A stretch of 63,785 nucleotides of DNA, filler included, from Sphacelaria rigidula (GCA_964200075.2; 6 parts of 6 records of this genome joined end to end with filler, not necessarily neighbours in it), one strand, 5' to 3'. Positions 40,401 through 53,139 are shown, numbered from the whole stretch's first letter. Notes: generated from the letters alone by a model not told the origin. Program-made: numbers and translations.

Positions 40401-42492
40401 CAGACGCCGACACCAACGCCGACGCTCACATCGGCATCAGACACTGCCTCGTCGCCCGCACTATCACCCTCTTCCATGAATCCCTCGCAAGATGGCGGGG
40501 GGGGCGGCGACGCCCCTCAACTCCCGAGGACCGAGCAACGCCGTCTCGCGTGGGCTGACCGGGTACCAACACCAAGGGCGGGGCGTACGAGAAGCCAAAC
40601 GCGCGAGGCAATGAGGTCAGTGCAGGCACGAGACGACACGCTGGTGACTGGCGGAGCGGAGGAAAGCAAGAAGGATGCGAAGATGGCGCTGGCGGGAATG
40701 GCGGAGGACAAATGCTCAACCATAGAGCTGATCACCGCGGCAGCAGGACAGGTGGCTGGGCAAGACGCAATCGTTTTGACTCAACATGAGTTAGCTAAAA
40801 ACGAGTTTCTTTGTTTTGTCGCTGAGGAAAACAGGGTAAGGCAGCCTGAATTCGGTTTGCGTTCAACAGTTGGCCTACACGTGAGCGAAATAGAGGCAGC
40901 ACCAACCAGTATGGGTGACATTGTCAAGTCAGAATTTCGAGACGCATGGTTAGGCGCGATGCAGGCCGAGCTAGGAGGTCACGAAAAGGCTGGAACATTT
41001 TCGACTGGCCCTGTACCGGAAGCAGCAAACGTGTTTTCAGCGAAATGGGTTGTTCGTTGGAAGACTGACGCAGACGGTACTGTAACGAAGGCAAAGGCAA
41101 GGTTGGTAGCGCAAATATTTGGACAACGTTTTGCAGTCGACTATTTCGAGACTTTCGCGGCAACGCCCTCCATGGCCTCCATCAAACTAGTCATAGCAGT
41201 GGCAATTCAGGAAGAGTGGCCGCTATACCATTTCGATGCGACACAGGCTTTTGTTCAAGCGGAAATGGACATTGATGTGTAAATGAAATTGCCTGAAGGG
41301 TGCTCCGTTTTGACAGACGTGACCGTAAAGCTTGCAAAATCTATTTACGGGATCAAGCAAGCAGCCAGGCAGTGGTCTCGTCTTCTGTGTAAAACTTTAC
41401 TGGAGGATGTCGGGATGATACAGTGTGAGGCTGATCCTTGCGTTTTCAAGATGGAGGATGCAGGAGACGTGCGTGTGATTTTTGTTGTCCATGTGGACGA
41501 CATCCTCATCAGTTGTCCTGAGGAAAATGTAGGAAAGGTGGGCCAAATCCTCAACAAACGTTTCCCACGAACAATCTCGGAAAGGTAACCTGGTACATGG
41601 GGTGCGCAGTGGATAGAGACTGGGATAGAGGCACGCTGTCTGTAACCCAAACCTCGTTTACGGACACGCTCCTGAAGCGTCTTGAGGTGAGGGGGTACTC
41701 GGAAATCCCTGCCTCTGTTTCTGTAAAGTTGGGGCCGACAACGGGCGAAGACAAAAAGGTGGATCGCCCATACCGTAACGCAGTGGGGGGGTTGATGTGG
41801 CTGGCAACAGTCACCAGACCCGACATCGCGAATTCGGTACGAGCGCTTGCTCGGCATTCGCATGACCCATGGGAGAGGCACTGGGAATCTGTTAAAAAAG
41901 TGTTGAAGTAGCTAAATGAGACGAAGGGTTTTGGACTTACGTTCAAGAAAGCTCATAATGGGCGTTCAGTCTACTGCGATGCAGATTACGCCAAGAAGGA
42001 AAAGGATAGGCGTTCGGTTTCAGGGGTAGCCGTGATGTACGATGGTGTGGTAGTGTCGGCAACGAGCCGCACGCAACATTGCGTAACTCTGTCAACAACG
42101 GAGGCAGAATACGTTGCAATGGCCGAGGAGGCAAAGGAGGGATTGTTTGTGAAGGCCGTATTGACGTTCTTGCGACCGCAGACTGTGTCGGGAAGCGGGG
42201 AAAACCAAGGTATTCTTTTGTACGAGGACAACGAGGGAGCAAAAGCTCTGGCCGAAAACCCTCTCAGTTTCGAGAGGAGTAAGCACATAGACGTGAGATA
42301 TCACTTCATTCGAGAGCTGGTGGGGACGGGAAAGGTCAGGGTTGTACATGTAGGCTCAGGATGGCCGCATGCAGATATTTTGACGACGCCTCTTTCGACC
42401 AGCCTGTTTACGAGGAGTCATCGTACGATAGAGGGGGGGGTATTTTGGGCCATTTGTTGCTCGAAATTTCGGGTCAGATCGTCGTTGAAAGC
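37483..42492 (+). mobile_element. Ty1/copia LTR retrotransposon, near full-length gag-pol, pseudogenised
   Basis: Copia domain order: gag, two zinc knuckles (CHVC..H...C, CGWC..GH...C), protease WVFDTGATQH, integrase (DLSGP, RSDDGGEF, NGVAER), RT (KARLVA, FDATQAF, HVDDIL), RNase H (YCDADYA, STTEAEY, EDNEGA, SKHIDVRYH). In-frame stops near 37543, 38026, 40341, 41280 and 41909; frameshifts near 40260 and 41575. Polypurine tract GAGGGGGGGG at 42431-42440; 3' LTR cut by the gap. Confidence 0.95.
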
Positions 42493-43236
42493 NNNNNNNN
42501 NNNNNNNNNNNNNNNNNNNNNNNNNNNNNNNNNNNNTTAATTAATTAANNNNNNNNNNNNNNNNNNNNNNNNNNNNNNNNNNNNNNNNNNNNTCCATACC
42601 AAATTTCATTTTCAACTCCAAGAAAAAAATTGCGAATTAGCCTGCAAAGTACAAATCCGCTTGTAGGCTGGCCCAGCCTGTGAGGATGAGAAATTGAAAG
42701 ATGCAAGAGGCTCAGCGGAGAAGAAATCCGTTATCGACACTGCAGCCTTGGGAAATAAGAAACTGGTCCCAGACCCATCAGCTCTTCGACGCAGGGATAC
42801 CCCCCCCACACACACAAGAGAATACGGTACAATAGTCAGTACGTATTCGTGTACACTACAGTACAACAGGGATCGTCAAATAATTCATACACTAGAGTGT
42901 ACATGATCGGGAGATGACCACTGTCGGCGCACAAGAAGGTGCTCGCTGGCTGAGCAATCAGTTGGGCAATGTGTTTGCTGGTACGCACCTACCTGCGGTT
43001 GTGCATACCTCTATACCGCTGTATTACACCGCGGTACCCAGAGTGATCGCCTGCAGAGCTTCAAGCTTGATTGGCTGCAGTATGACTGCAATACAAAGTG
43101 CTACAAACGTGCTGTTGTCCGTGAAATAACAGCTCATCATGGAAATTGAGCATGGAGTTTTTCACACGTCTGAAGGGCACAATCATGACTCGTGGCACTC
43201 GCACGCGTTGGGCTGCTTGTTGGCGGTAAAAACTAT

Positions 43237-43862
43237 TAGGGCAAGTACTGAGTTATTGCTCGTTGTGAAAAAAAATAGTAGGGCAAGCACTCGAGTCATT
43301 GCTCACTAAAGAGAAGGAAATGACTCGAGCACATGAGTCATTGCTCGTGATGAACCACTTGAGTGGAGGAGTCAACAACCCGACGAGCAAATATTTATAA
43401 TGAGCTATTGGGCGATCTTGAACCTAGAATCTTCAAGTTCATATGCATATCTGCAGATGTAGAAGCGTTAAGCTCCAAAGATCGGTAATTGTATTCAAGC
43501 ACCCCTCCCCCCCCTCACACACACAGAAATCAGAGCTCTACTCAAGCGGCGGAGAGTATCTCTTGAGAAGTAAATTTATAGGGCGAGCACTCGAGTCATT
43601 GCTCGTCGTGGAAAAATGAATGACTCGAGCACACGAGTCATTGCTCGGTGTCAAAAAAATGAATGACTTGGGCACACGAGTCATTGGTGGTTGCAAAACA
43701 AATTAATGACTTAAGCACACGAGTCATTGCTCGTTGTAGACCAAGGAAATGACTCGAGCGCACGAGTCATTGCTCGTCGTAAAAAAATGATATGACTCAA
43801 GCGCACAAGTCATCACTCGTTGTACAAGAAAGTAACGACCCGAGCACACGAGTCATGCTCAT
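43237..43862. repeat. 42-43-bp period array with hairpin core AATGACTCG-agcaca-CGAGTCATT-gctcg and variable A-rich spacers
   Basis: Units start at 43237, 43279, 43321, then 43579, 43621, 43664, 43707, 43750, 43793 and 43836. Confidence 0.9.
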
Positions 43863-44489
43863 TGTGTTTTCAAGAAACATTCACGAGTGCACTTGTTTCG
43901 ACGAGTATGACACGTCCGACGTATGGAGTTTTCCATTAAAGATGAGAACCCGGAGAATTTAGATCTTCGTATCCACACCCAATCTTCGAAACATGGTTCC
44001 ATTCCTTCACCTACTGGTAGCTATTGACAACCACGACACGCCATACAAATTTGGATTTCGATTACCGACATGTTGGGGACCCCGGTGAAAACTCGATTTC
44101 GGGAAATTTTGGCGATCCGATCGGGTCACCTAAATTCTCCTAATTGCTTTCTTCACCGAGGACCGCGCATGGTGTAACGCACACTCACGTTCTGCCGATT
44201 CCTTGTGTCGTCAACGAGATTGTAAGCTGTCGGAAATTAATGGATGACACCGCGGAAACGGCGCCAGTGTTTTCTTCGAAGCATTGGTCTTCACATCGAC
44301 TGTCCGGTGTGGTGCAGACGGAAGTTTGGTGGGAAGCGTATGAAGGTTTAGGGGATGAAGAACATCATCCGATATTCCTCCAGCGCTCAGCACTTTGAGC
44401 AGGTGATCCTCGACGTGGAGGATGGGAGTCAGGTGTTCCGTTTTGATCTCCTGCATCCCCCCCAAAAACAAAACAAAAAGTGGGACCAA

Positions 44490-44945
44490 GGGTCTGTCAA
44501 AAAACTATTTCTGGACACGTAGGCCCCATAATCGAAAATTCGAATTCTTGAGGGGAGGGGGGGGCGTATCGAGCTTGCTGTCGCCTAGTTTATTGTTGAG
44601 GCGTTGGCGGGTGCAGTCAGCTACAGCATATAGAGATCCTTGGCATGAAGACCGATGAGATGGCGGACACTCCGCCCCCCCAAGCCCATCACTTACCATG
44701 ATTACGTTTATGGAATCATGTTCCGGGTCGTTAGCCTCGAGCCCCTACCAGTAGTGAGTTTGGCGAGGTGTAAGAAAAAGTTGCTACGTTGGCTGCGGGC
44801 TGTCGCTACCGTGCGCTCGTGTGCATACATGTGCATGAGGGTGGCCGGCATCCGAGGTCATCGAGACAGTAGAGCGGGCGAGGAGCATAAGCGAATATAC
44901 GAACCTCGCAACACCAGACTTCTTTTTTTTTTTGCCAGGGTTTCT
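44490..44945 (+). repeat. Dispersed repeat beginning GGGTCTGTCAAAA; second copy at 63188-63785
   Basis: Collinear similarity over >400 bp, e.g. TGAGATG.CGGACAC.CCGCCCCCCAA..CAT.AC.TACCATGATTAC, GGCATCCGAGGTCATCG, ATATACGAACCT.GCAA. Confidence 0.8.
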
Positions 44946-45544
44946 CGATGAATCTCTTCAATAATATTAACAGAACAAATGAAAAAAATAATGACAATTA
45001 TCGAAACCCTCCGGGGGGGGATGGGGGGGGGGCTCCGTGTCCGAAACTTTTCTCCCGACAGACACTTGGTGGAACCCCAGAATTTCGGTTCTAGGAATCT
45101 AAAGTTATATGGCGTGCATTAGTTGTTAACAGCGTGAAGGGATGTAGCCATATGTCGAGAAATCGGTGAGGGTATGAATATTCGAATTACCCACTTCATC
45201 AGCTTCAATGAAAAACTTCATCCTCAACTTTCATGATTGATTGTTATCGATCATACCAAAGATTCGTAGTGATTCACCAGCTGTGCAGAACGCTTTAGAC
45301 CCCGGTTCACGACTGGAATCGATGCGCGTCAGGTTTTCGTGTTGCGCAGTATTCCGAAAGGTTCACTGCAAGACCATGGTTTTCTACTGACTTGGGTTTT
45401 TTCATTCGTTCCACGAGTACTAGCCGTGAGTACTAGTATTTATTTTCAGGCACAACCCGTGATTCGCCCGACGGCGTCGGCGGACTACCCGCCGTAGACG
45501 TCTGCACCCAGGGGCGCACCGCACCAAGAACTTCAACGTCTCCA

Positions 45545-48500
45545 TCAGCCCAACGCACGGGTTATAACTTCCTTCGGCAAAAGACAACCGCCAGGGTTAC
45601 ATACATACCTCCGCAATTCATCTGCATGAAACATGTCTCCAACTTTCTCCACAGGTTCAATCAAAACGCGAAGGCATCGCCGTGCTTTCTGCCAGTTTCC
45701 GATGCCGGCTTCTCTTTCTCCGACCCGCTGCACTTCGAATCTGAATCTCCAATCCAGATCCCGGCTGACTACTTCGACCCGCCCTCTGGCAACCATGCAT
45801 GCCGCCGCCGCGCCCCTCTCATCCATGCGGCGTACATCAGTAAGACGATCGATGGCGGCCTTCAAGTCGGACCAACTCTTCGTGGTGCCCAGTTGCATGG
45901 AGAGGTATTTGAGCACCTGCGGCTCCCTCTGCAATATCGGTATCGCCTTGTGGGGAGAATTTGAGCATGAGAACAAACGAGGACGGATGATGCGGGATAT
46001 ACACTCCGTCAGGTGTTTGTTTGCCCTCACACCTTCGATTCAGACCCTTTTGCAAGGTGGGCACGTCGTCTCGTGGGACCACCGAATACCTGCCGCTGCG
46101 CGCGACGATAAATCTTACATGTCAAATGAGAGATGTACTCCCGTATCCTCTGAAATGTTCCACAGACGACTCTTCTCCTACTCGCTTACTCGTGCTTGTT
46201 TCACGATGGGGACTCAGTACCGGATAGGAAAGACACAAACGGCGTCTCTAGGGGTTTCGAACCTGCAGCTTTTCAAACTACTTGGCACGAGTGTGTGTGT
46301 TGTCGTCTCATCTATTCTGGACGCCGGTCTACACCTTTCTGTACATGTGGGCGCACCAGCCGGGGTCACACAGGAGGAAGGCCAACGCAGGAGTTTTTTT
46401 TTTTGTTTTGTCTCATTTCCCCATCTTCCTTCTACGGTGCTTGCCTTTATTTTTGTTGATCGCGAAAGGGGTTCAGCAGTCTCTTTCCCTCGTCGACCGT
46501 GAAGTCGACTTTTACTTGGCACGAGTAAGTCCAATTGGATTACCCGGGTGCGGCGCCCGAGTGCAAACAACCTCAAGTTCCTGCGAGGTCGGCTCCAATG
46601 TCAAAATATTCTGGTGCCAGACGTAACGCTGCGCCGCATGTACAGGCACGTGATGTTGCCGTGTTTCGACACGAATATCTCGACCAAATTTTGAGAGAGA
46701 GGCTTCGAAAAGTTCGCATACACGTTTAGACAAAGAGTAACCAAACTTTGACAACTCTGTTCACCTGTCTGAGGTCGATGTCCAAGCACGCGTCGATGTG
46801 GCCACCTTCACCTGCGATCCTTGGCACCGCGCAACGAAATGCTGCATCGTTGGAGACGGAGAGGTAGCGCTCCCATTGCTCGCCGTCCTTGTGCCAGAGG
46901 AGTCCCGTCGTGATATCCACAGCCACCAGCTCACCTTGCCGGCGGTGCACGTGCATGAGCGACAGGTGCGCAGGCAGATTTTGCACAGCAACGCAGGTGG
47001 CCGCCATAGTACTCACATGTGCGCCGGCACCCGTAACACTCGTTGTCGGTCGAAAATCGCAGTTGTCCCAAGGGATCGCAGCAGCCTCCAACGCAACGAC
47101 TATGCCATGTTTGTCCAACCTCCACTTCACGTAAAGCTGCTCCCGCTTGTACCGCATCAACTCTGTCTCGCAGAATCCGTGGGCGGCAATAAAATCGATG
47201 ACAGCCATGGATGTGCCGTGCATTTTCAATACCTGCACTGGATGGAAGTCGTGCGTTGCTCTAAATCCTCGGCCTAAGACAGTCTTGACGAGGTTCTTGC
47301 GCGATAGTGTACAGTCTCCCGATCTACTTCTGCCTCTTCCTTATCTTTTTGCGCAGCGCCCTTTCTCGCGGCGTCGATCCATGTGTACTTGCGCCGGCGG
47401 AGGACATCGTCAATCCCCGTTGAACTGCGCCCTCGTGTTCCCGTTGTGGCTTACCACCACCAGACCTATTTGCCGTGCCCACCAAACCCGCCCCGCCATC
47501 CCACGCCGATGGCACGGCGACATCATCCGCCGCGGCGGTGCGAGACGCATGAAAAGATTCCCCCTGCCTACCACTCCTTGCGTTTTCCACGGGCGGAAAA
47601 AGCGAATCCGGATCATTACTCGACACATTCAAACGGCACAGACTGCTCAGCAATGCCAACAGTGCCAGCGGCGTATCATCCGTCAGAAATTGATTCATGG
47701 GTTGAATATTTCTCCATATGTCGGCGGCGTATTTCTGGTCCCTATCCCACGATACGTTCCTCAGTTCTTGTGGACTTTTAATGTCCATCCTGACGATAGA
47801 CCCAGCCGCTATGATCACGGCCCGTTTTTCCTCCGCCTGCCGGCAGCTATCACCCGTTGGAGTGCGGGTTCAACAGGCTGACCACTCTCGATCTGGGCGG
47901 CGAGGCGGGAGACGGAACGCTCCAGTTCTCGTACCCTGGCACGCATGTTGCGAGGTTCAATGTAGGCCGTCATGCCGAGATCGGGCGCCACCACGGAAGG
48001 AAAGAGATGGGCGAACTTGCGCCGCCCATCGCGTGCAGGCTCCTCGACCCCGCTTAACTTCTCAAGCTTGGCGCCGACTGCGCCGTCCGCCGTTCACCAC
48101 CACCGCACCGAAAATTCCCAGCGCTTGCTCCCTGGTGCGCTTGTCTAGAACAGCCCGGGTGTCGGCTCCGGTTCTGGTTTCGGTCAGCCAGAATTGAGCA
48201 TCCTCCAGCCCCACTACGCGCCCCGCCTCAACGGCCGAAATTACTTCATGGTGTGCTTCTGCAATTAAGTCCGGCTCGGCAGAGATGGGGGCGGAGTTAA
48301 ACCAACCGTCGCGGGTGTGCAGCGAACCGGAGAGAGGGACTTTACCTTCCGTTCACTCGCAATCCTGTGTCGCTCGAGTAAGCGCAACAAACAATCATGC
48401 CGGTCGCATAAGCAATCTGAACTCGGTTGATAGTTTGGCACAAGCGCAGCCGGGCGTATGCCATCACCATCCGCACACGACTCCAGAAATAGCCGAGCCT

Positions 48501-50633
48501 CCGGAATTCGTGCCGCACCAAGATGATGCCAGACATTGCCTTTGCCGGATCCTGGTCCATGGTAGGCGAAGCACAGTCGCGATACCGGATCGTGTATCCA
48601 ATTGCAAGAGGAGCACGTGTTGCATGCGTCGTCGTCGACGACGGGGAACTGGATGCCACATACATCGTGACAAACCCGCTCATGTCCTTTACCCCTCCTC
48701 ATACTACTAACCGGGGTAGACCCTGCCGGCGCAGAATGCACCCTACTGCAGCTATCACGATTGCCGGGGAGACCTTGAGAGCTACTGCGTCGCGTCGACG
48801 TCCTCCCTCTTTCACCGCGCGCGCGATGTTCACCACGATCAGTGTCGGGGGGTGGTGTTCGGCGGTCGGGATGCCTCATTAGCCTGCTGGCAACCCCGTT
48901 CGTAGGCGCTGGCGCTACCTGCTCTTGTTCCGAAGTCGCTAAAGATGAACTGCCGACACCTTCAACTTGACACCGGTCGACTCCAGGAGCGGCAGCATAT
49001 GTGGCCTTCTTCTTTTTCTACTTGAATTTTGACGCCGACGCGCCTCCAGGAGTTTGTCGCGAGATGCATGATTAGCCCGGTCGCTTGTTACGGTGTCCCG
49101 ATGGCGTGGAAAATTTCCCCGGTGACCCCCGAGTAGGACCTCGTCTTGCGTTGTATGGGAATGCGGGTGTCGGCGCTTCCTCTGGAGAGTGTATTGCCAG
49201 CAGCTGAACTTCCTGCACCCCGTTTCTGTGCTGCAACAAAGCCTTCTGTTGTTCATGCCATGCTTCCCATACGCTGTTAACCTCTGGGTGATTCGTCATG
49301 GTTCTCTTCCGTCTCGATGTACGTATGTGAGCATGCGGGGGGGTGCCTCCGCCGGAGTTGGGCGGGGTACGTCTTTTCTTGGCCTTGGCTGACGGAGTTG
49401 AAGTCTGCACCTCCACGACTTCACCACCGGCAGCTCTCCCGGTCTTGCGGGGATTGTTACCCACTTCCTTGAGCGGCACTGTCGGCGGATTCCATGGTGA
49501 CTCCTCCCGTGTGTTGTTTTCCGACGCCGGGGTAGTGGAGATTTCACAAGTCGCAACTTCCACGCCCGATCGAAATTAGAAGTTGTTACATTCTGCGCTC
49601 GGACGGTCGTTGCATCCCCCCAACCCCTGTTTTAGTTCAGATGCGTCATCAGTGGACGCCATGGACGCCTCCGACGCACTGAACAGTACAGTCGCCGCAT
49701 CGTTTCCGTACGAAGGGGAACTCATCCAACTTTGTCGTTTGATCCCTTCGCCAGCGTGACCCTCGGCGATGTCCCTAAGATTTTCCACCGGGGCTGTATG
49801 TTTGGAGTGCGTGAGTGGATATCTGCTTTCAACCGCGGATGTGGCATGTGTTGGACGGGATGGCGGCGACAGTAATGCAGGCACTTCACTACCTGTCCGG
49901 AGAAGACGGAAATATGGGCACAACGTGTCCGCCATGTGGTCTAGTGTTTTAGATTGTAAAGGGTCGGGGGTTCGTGTGAAAGGATGATATCCCGAAATGT
50001 AGGCAACCTCAATTTCGCTCAAAAGTCACAATCATCGGCGAGAACAAAGGGGAAGTGATCGGATACGCGGGATCCTCAGCACTTCTACTTCGCGCGGCAT
50101 TAGTGCATGAGGGATGTTGTGGTGCTCTTACCTCGAGATCGATTGCGGTGCCGTATCTCACGTTCGGTCTTCCCAGGCCGGCGTCTCAGAAGTGCTCCAG
50201 TTGTGAGTCTTGGTGTTCTTCCACATCTACGGTTAGCAAATGTGCCGGGGAGTGCATCCGTGTAGGGTTGTACGTCAATACTTATGATCACAGGTGTCTT
50301 CAATCGTGCGGTTAACATGCTGTGCCGTCCAACGATAACGGTGTTTTGGTTGCCGCTCCATCTAATCTCATGGTCACTGCATGCGATCTTCGTATTGTTG
50401 ATCGTTCAACTCCACGACTCGGAATCTATGTCGACGTACGCTCGAATTATCTCGCTCCACTTGGGGGGTCGTTGGAATCCGGGTGCGTTCCCAACATGCG
50501 ATCGTTGCGCAAAAAAAGGCATCAGGTGCGATGAATACCTTCCTTCATGGAGTACGTAACCCGCAGAATTACATATAACCCACGGCCGTATGTTGCGCAT
50601 CGTGAATCTTGATGGCTTCGAAACGACTGTCAT
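45545..50633 (-). pseudogene. Decayed, intronless coding tract of unknown (transposon- or virus-derived?) origin
   Basis: A chain of 100-200-aa protein-like minus-strand ORFs. 50022-49576 and 49563-49072 share a frame across one stop, as do 50633-50406 and 50318-50100. GC-rich, few homopolymer runs, interrupted by a family B repeat at 46290-46520. No recognisable domain. Confidence 0.45.
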
Positions 50634-51544
50634 GCACGCACTACAGCAGAACTGTACAGTACAGGATATTGTTTCTTCTTGCAGTTGGCGCTGTTCCTAC
50701 CCGAGCACTACATTTCACAGAGCTGTGCTGCACTGCACGGGCTGGTATTGTACTGGGATGAACAGCTTGTGGAGCAGGAAGGGGGCTCCTCATTGCATCC
50801 ATGTGCTGGTGCGGACCAAAACGCAAAGTTTTTCAAACTTCAGTCGCGTCGTTAATTTTGCGACATTGATGGATTTCAGTGAATCTTCTTGCAACGTGAA
50901 AGTTACTTTGTCTACATGGTGAAAAACCCCTCTATATCTCTACCGGTGGTTTAGGCCGAGCGCCGTGCTCTCCCAGAACACCGGAGGTCAGGTTTCACGA
51001 CCGGGGGTGGTGTTCACCCTGGGTCGCACGGATTCTACCCTAAGTCGTTGCATACAGCACTGTTGCCGTTGCAATCTGTGACGCAAACTGCCTCTCTATA
51101 TTTAAACACACCTTGCTCGTCGCTCCTTCCGCCCGGGCGATGCTGTCTGGGCCGCTGCTGCATGCACAGCTGATGCGGACCGTCCTCGTGAAATCAGGGT
51201 ATTTGGCACCATCCACCGTTTTTCACTGTTTTTCGCACAGGGGTTCTGAAGACTATTGAAAAAAGGTTTTTTTTCCAGACGCAACACTGCATCATCCAAC
51301 CGTGAAGTTCTCTTCCCTGCGGCCGCTAGAAGAAGTGACGATATGCCCAAACTCTTCGGTTTCGGACTGCTTGGGTACAGACCAGCATCGTGGTGGTGAA
51401 GGTATCGTTCAATTTCGTATTCTGGCGAAGAAACAGGAAGAAAAAGGTTTTTGGACACCATTTTCGATTTTCGTCTATCTCGACCGCCTCTGGGCGGGGG
51501 AGGGCGGAGGGCGGAGGGTTGAGGCGGTGGAAGGGTGGGGCGGG

Positions 51545-53139
51545 GGGGGTGTACTCATTTGTTGTTCGCCTTAGTCGTTTGACCATTGACAACGCATCCA
51601 TTTCGAGACGGAGCACCGTTCCTACTCCTAATAGAGACACCTCCAACATTCCGGCGCTCATTCCGTTTCTTCCATACAATGCACAAAAATCTTAGAGATC
51701 TTATCCCCGTCCTGTTTCGCCGTCTGTGGCCACCTTCTATTTCCTATTATAAGCATCGTTTTCTCGCTACTGTCTAATGCATCAAACGATTTCATGCCAC
51801 CTTCGTTCACGTCCCGTTCCTTCTTGTATAGTTCACATTCTGCAACTTTACGACTTCTGTTCTCTATTGCTTTGCCACAGAGGCAGTTCTGTCCATCTAC
51901 TTCCTCCTCCTTTCGGCTACTGGTATATCTCTTTCTTCTTCCTGGCAGATCCAGGTCCCCCACCCGAAATAGCAGTTTCATATTTTTTGCCGCGTCCATG
52001 GGGCCATGCAGATATGCTTTCATTCCGATCCCCTCTCTCAACCCCCCCGTATATCCTCAGGTGTTCTTCGTCGTCTGCCTTGCGTCTGGGCGCTTTTTTT
52101 TTCCCGTAGTTCTTTCATGTCTCTTACTTTTGCCTTCTACCCCGCGTCTTCACCTATGGACAATATTTCGTCTTGGTTTCCTCTTATCTCCTTCCATATT
52201 TTCTCGACTTCTTCATCCCACCTTATTCCAGCATACTCTTTCGTACTTTCCTTCCATACAGCCTTATCAACTATAGCTGGCAGTCTCTTCCACTGCATGT
52301 TCTTTACGCTATATTGCCATCTCAATTTCCTCGTGTCTCTGTTTGTTTCAAGTGAGTACACTCCCAACTCTGCTCTCAATGCTGTATTGCTCGTCGTTTT
52401 CGAACATCCAAGTATTTTCTTAGCTGCTGCCATCTGTACTGTTTCTAACTTCTTCACCAATTTCACGCCCCCCTCCCATACTTCTCCTGCATATTCCAGC
52501 TTTTGTACGATCATGGTTCATCAGGAAACATATCTTAGTCCTACTAGTGTCTAGGTGCGAATCTCTGAGGATCACATCCATCCTTCCTATCTGTTCCTTA
52601 CCCTTTTCTATTACTTTGTTCATGTGTGCATCCCAAGAACAGTGTTTTGAGATCTCCACGCCAAGATATGTATACGGGTCTACGATCGGCCGTTCCTCTT
52701 CTCCTCACTTCCACTTGAACTCTACCGGATTCTTCTTATCTTTGTCACAGACAAGTACCGCGCATGTGTTAACCTTCGCCGTCGCTCTCCATTCCCTAGT
52801 GTATTCTCGCGCCTAGTCTATCTGTTTTTGCAATCCTTCTGCTGTTCTTGAAATCCCCACAAAATCATCTGCGAGTATCAAACCTGATCACATCTTCACC
52901 CACCTTGACCCCTTGATTTGCTGCTTCTATCGCTGGTGTCAAGTCATGAATGAATACCTTGAATAAAGTGGGTGGCAACGTTTATCCTTGTGCAACTCTT
53001 TGTATAATATCAACATGTTTCGACGTTTCCCCGTCTAGCATCATGGCACTTTTGGCACATTCTGTCACCTTCTTCATCAATCTCCACATCTTTCCTCTGA
53101 TCCCAGCTTCCCACAACTTTTTCCACAGCCCATTTCTCC
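51545..53139 (-). mobile_element. Non-LTR retrotransposon (LINE) 3' fragment: degenerate reverse transcriptase, C-terminus and 3' tail
   Basis: Fragments VAQG..L.P.LF, LADDFVG, YTYLGVEIS, KLEYAGEVW, LETVQMAAAKKILGC, ALRAELG, CLCG...ECELY. Multiple stops and frameshifts. 5' side ends in a gap; 3' end is ...CAAATGAGTACAC(C)n. Confidence 0.9.

Noticed and set aside
43237-43862. True CRISPR array
   Set aside because: Eukaryotic context, spacers only ~15 bp and mutually similar/A-rich, repeats degenerate, no cas genes; annotated as a repeat instead.
45633-46502. 289-aa plus-strand ORF
   Set aside because: Antisense shadow of the minus-strand fossil ORF, running into a family B repeat.
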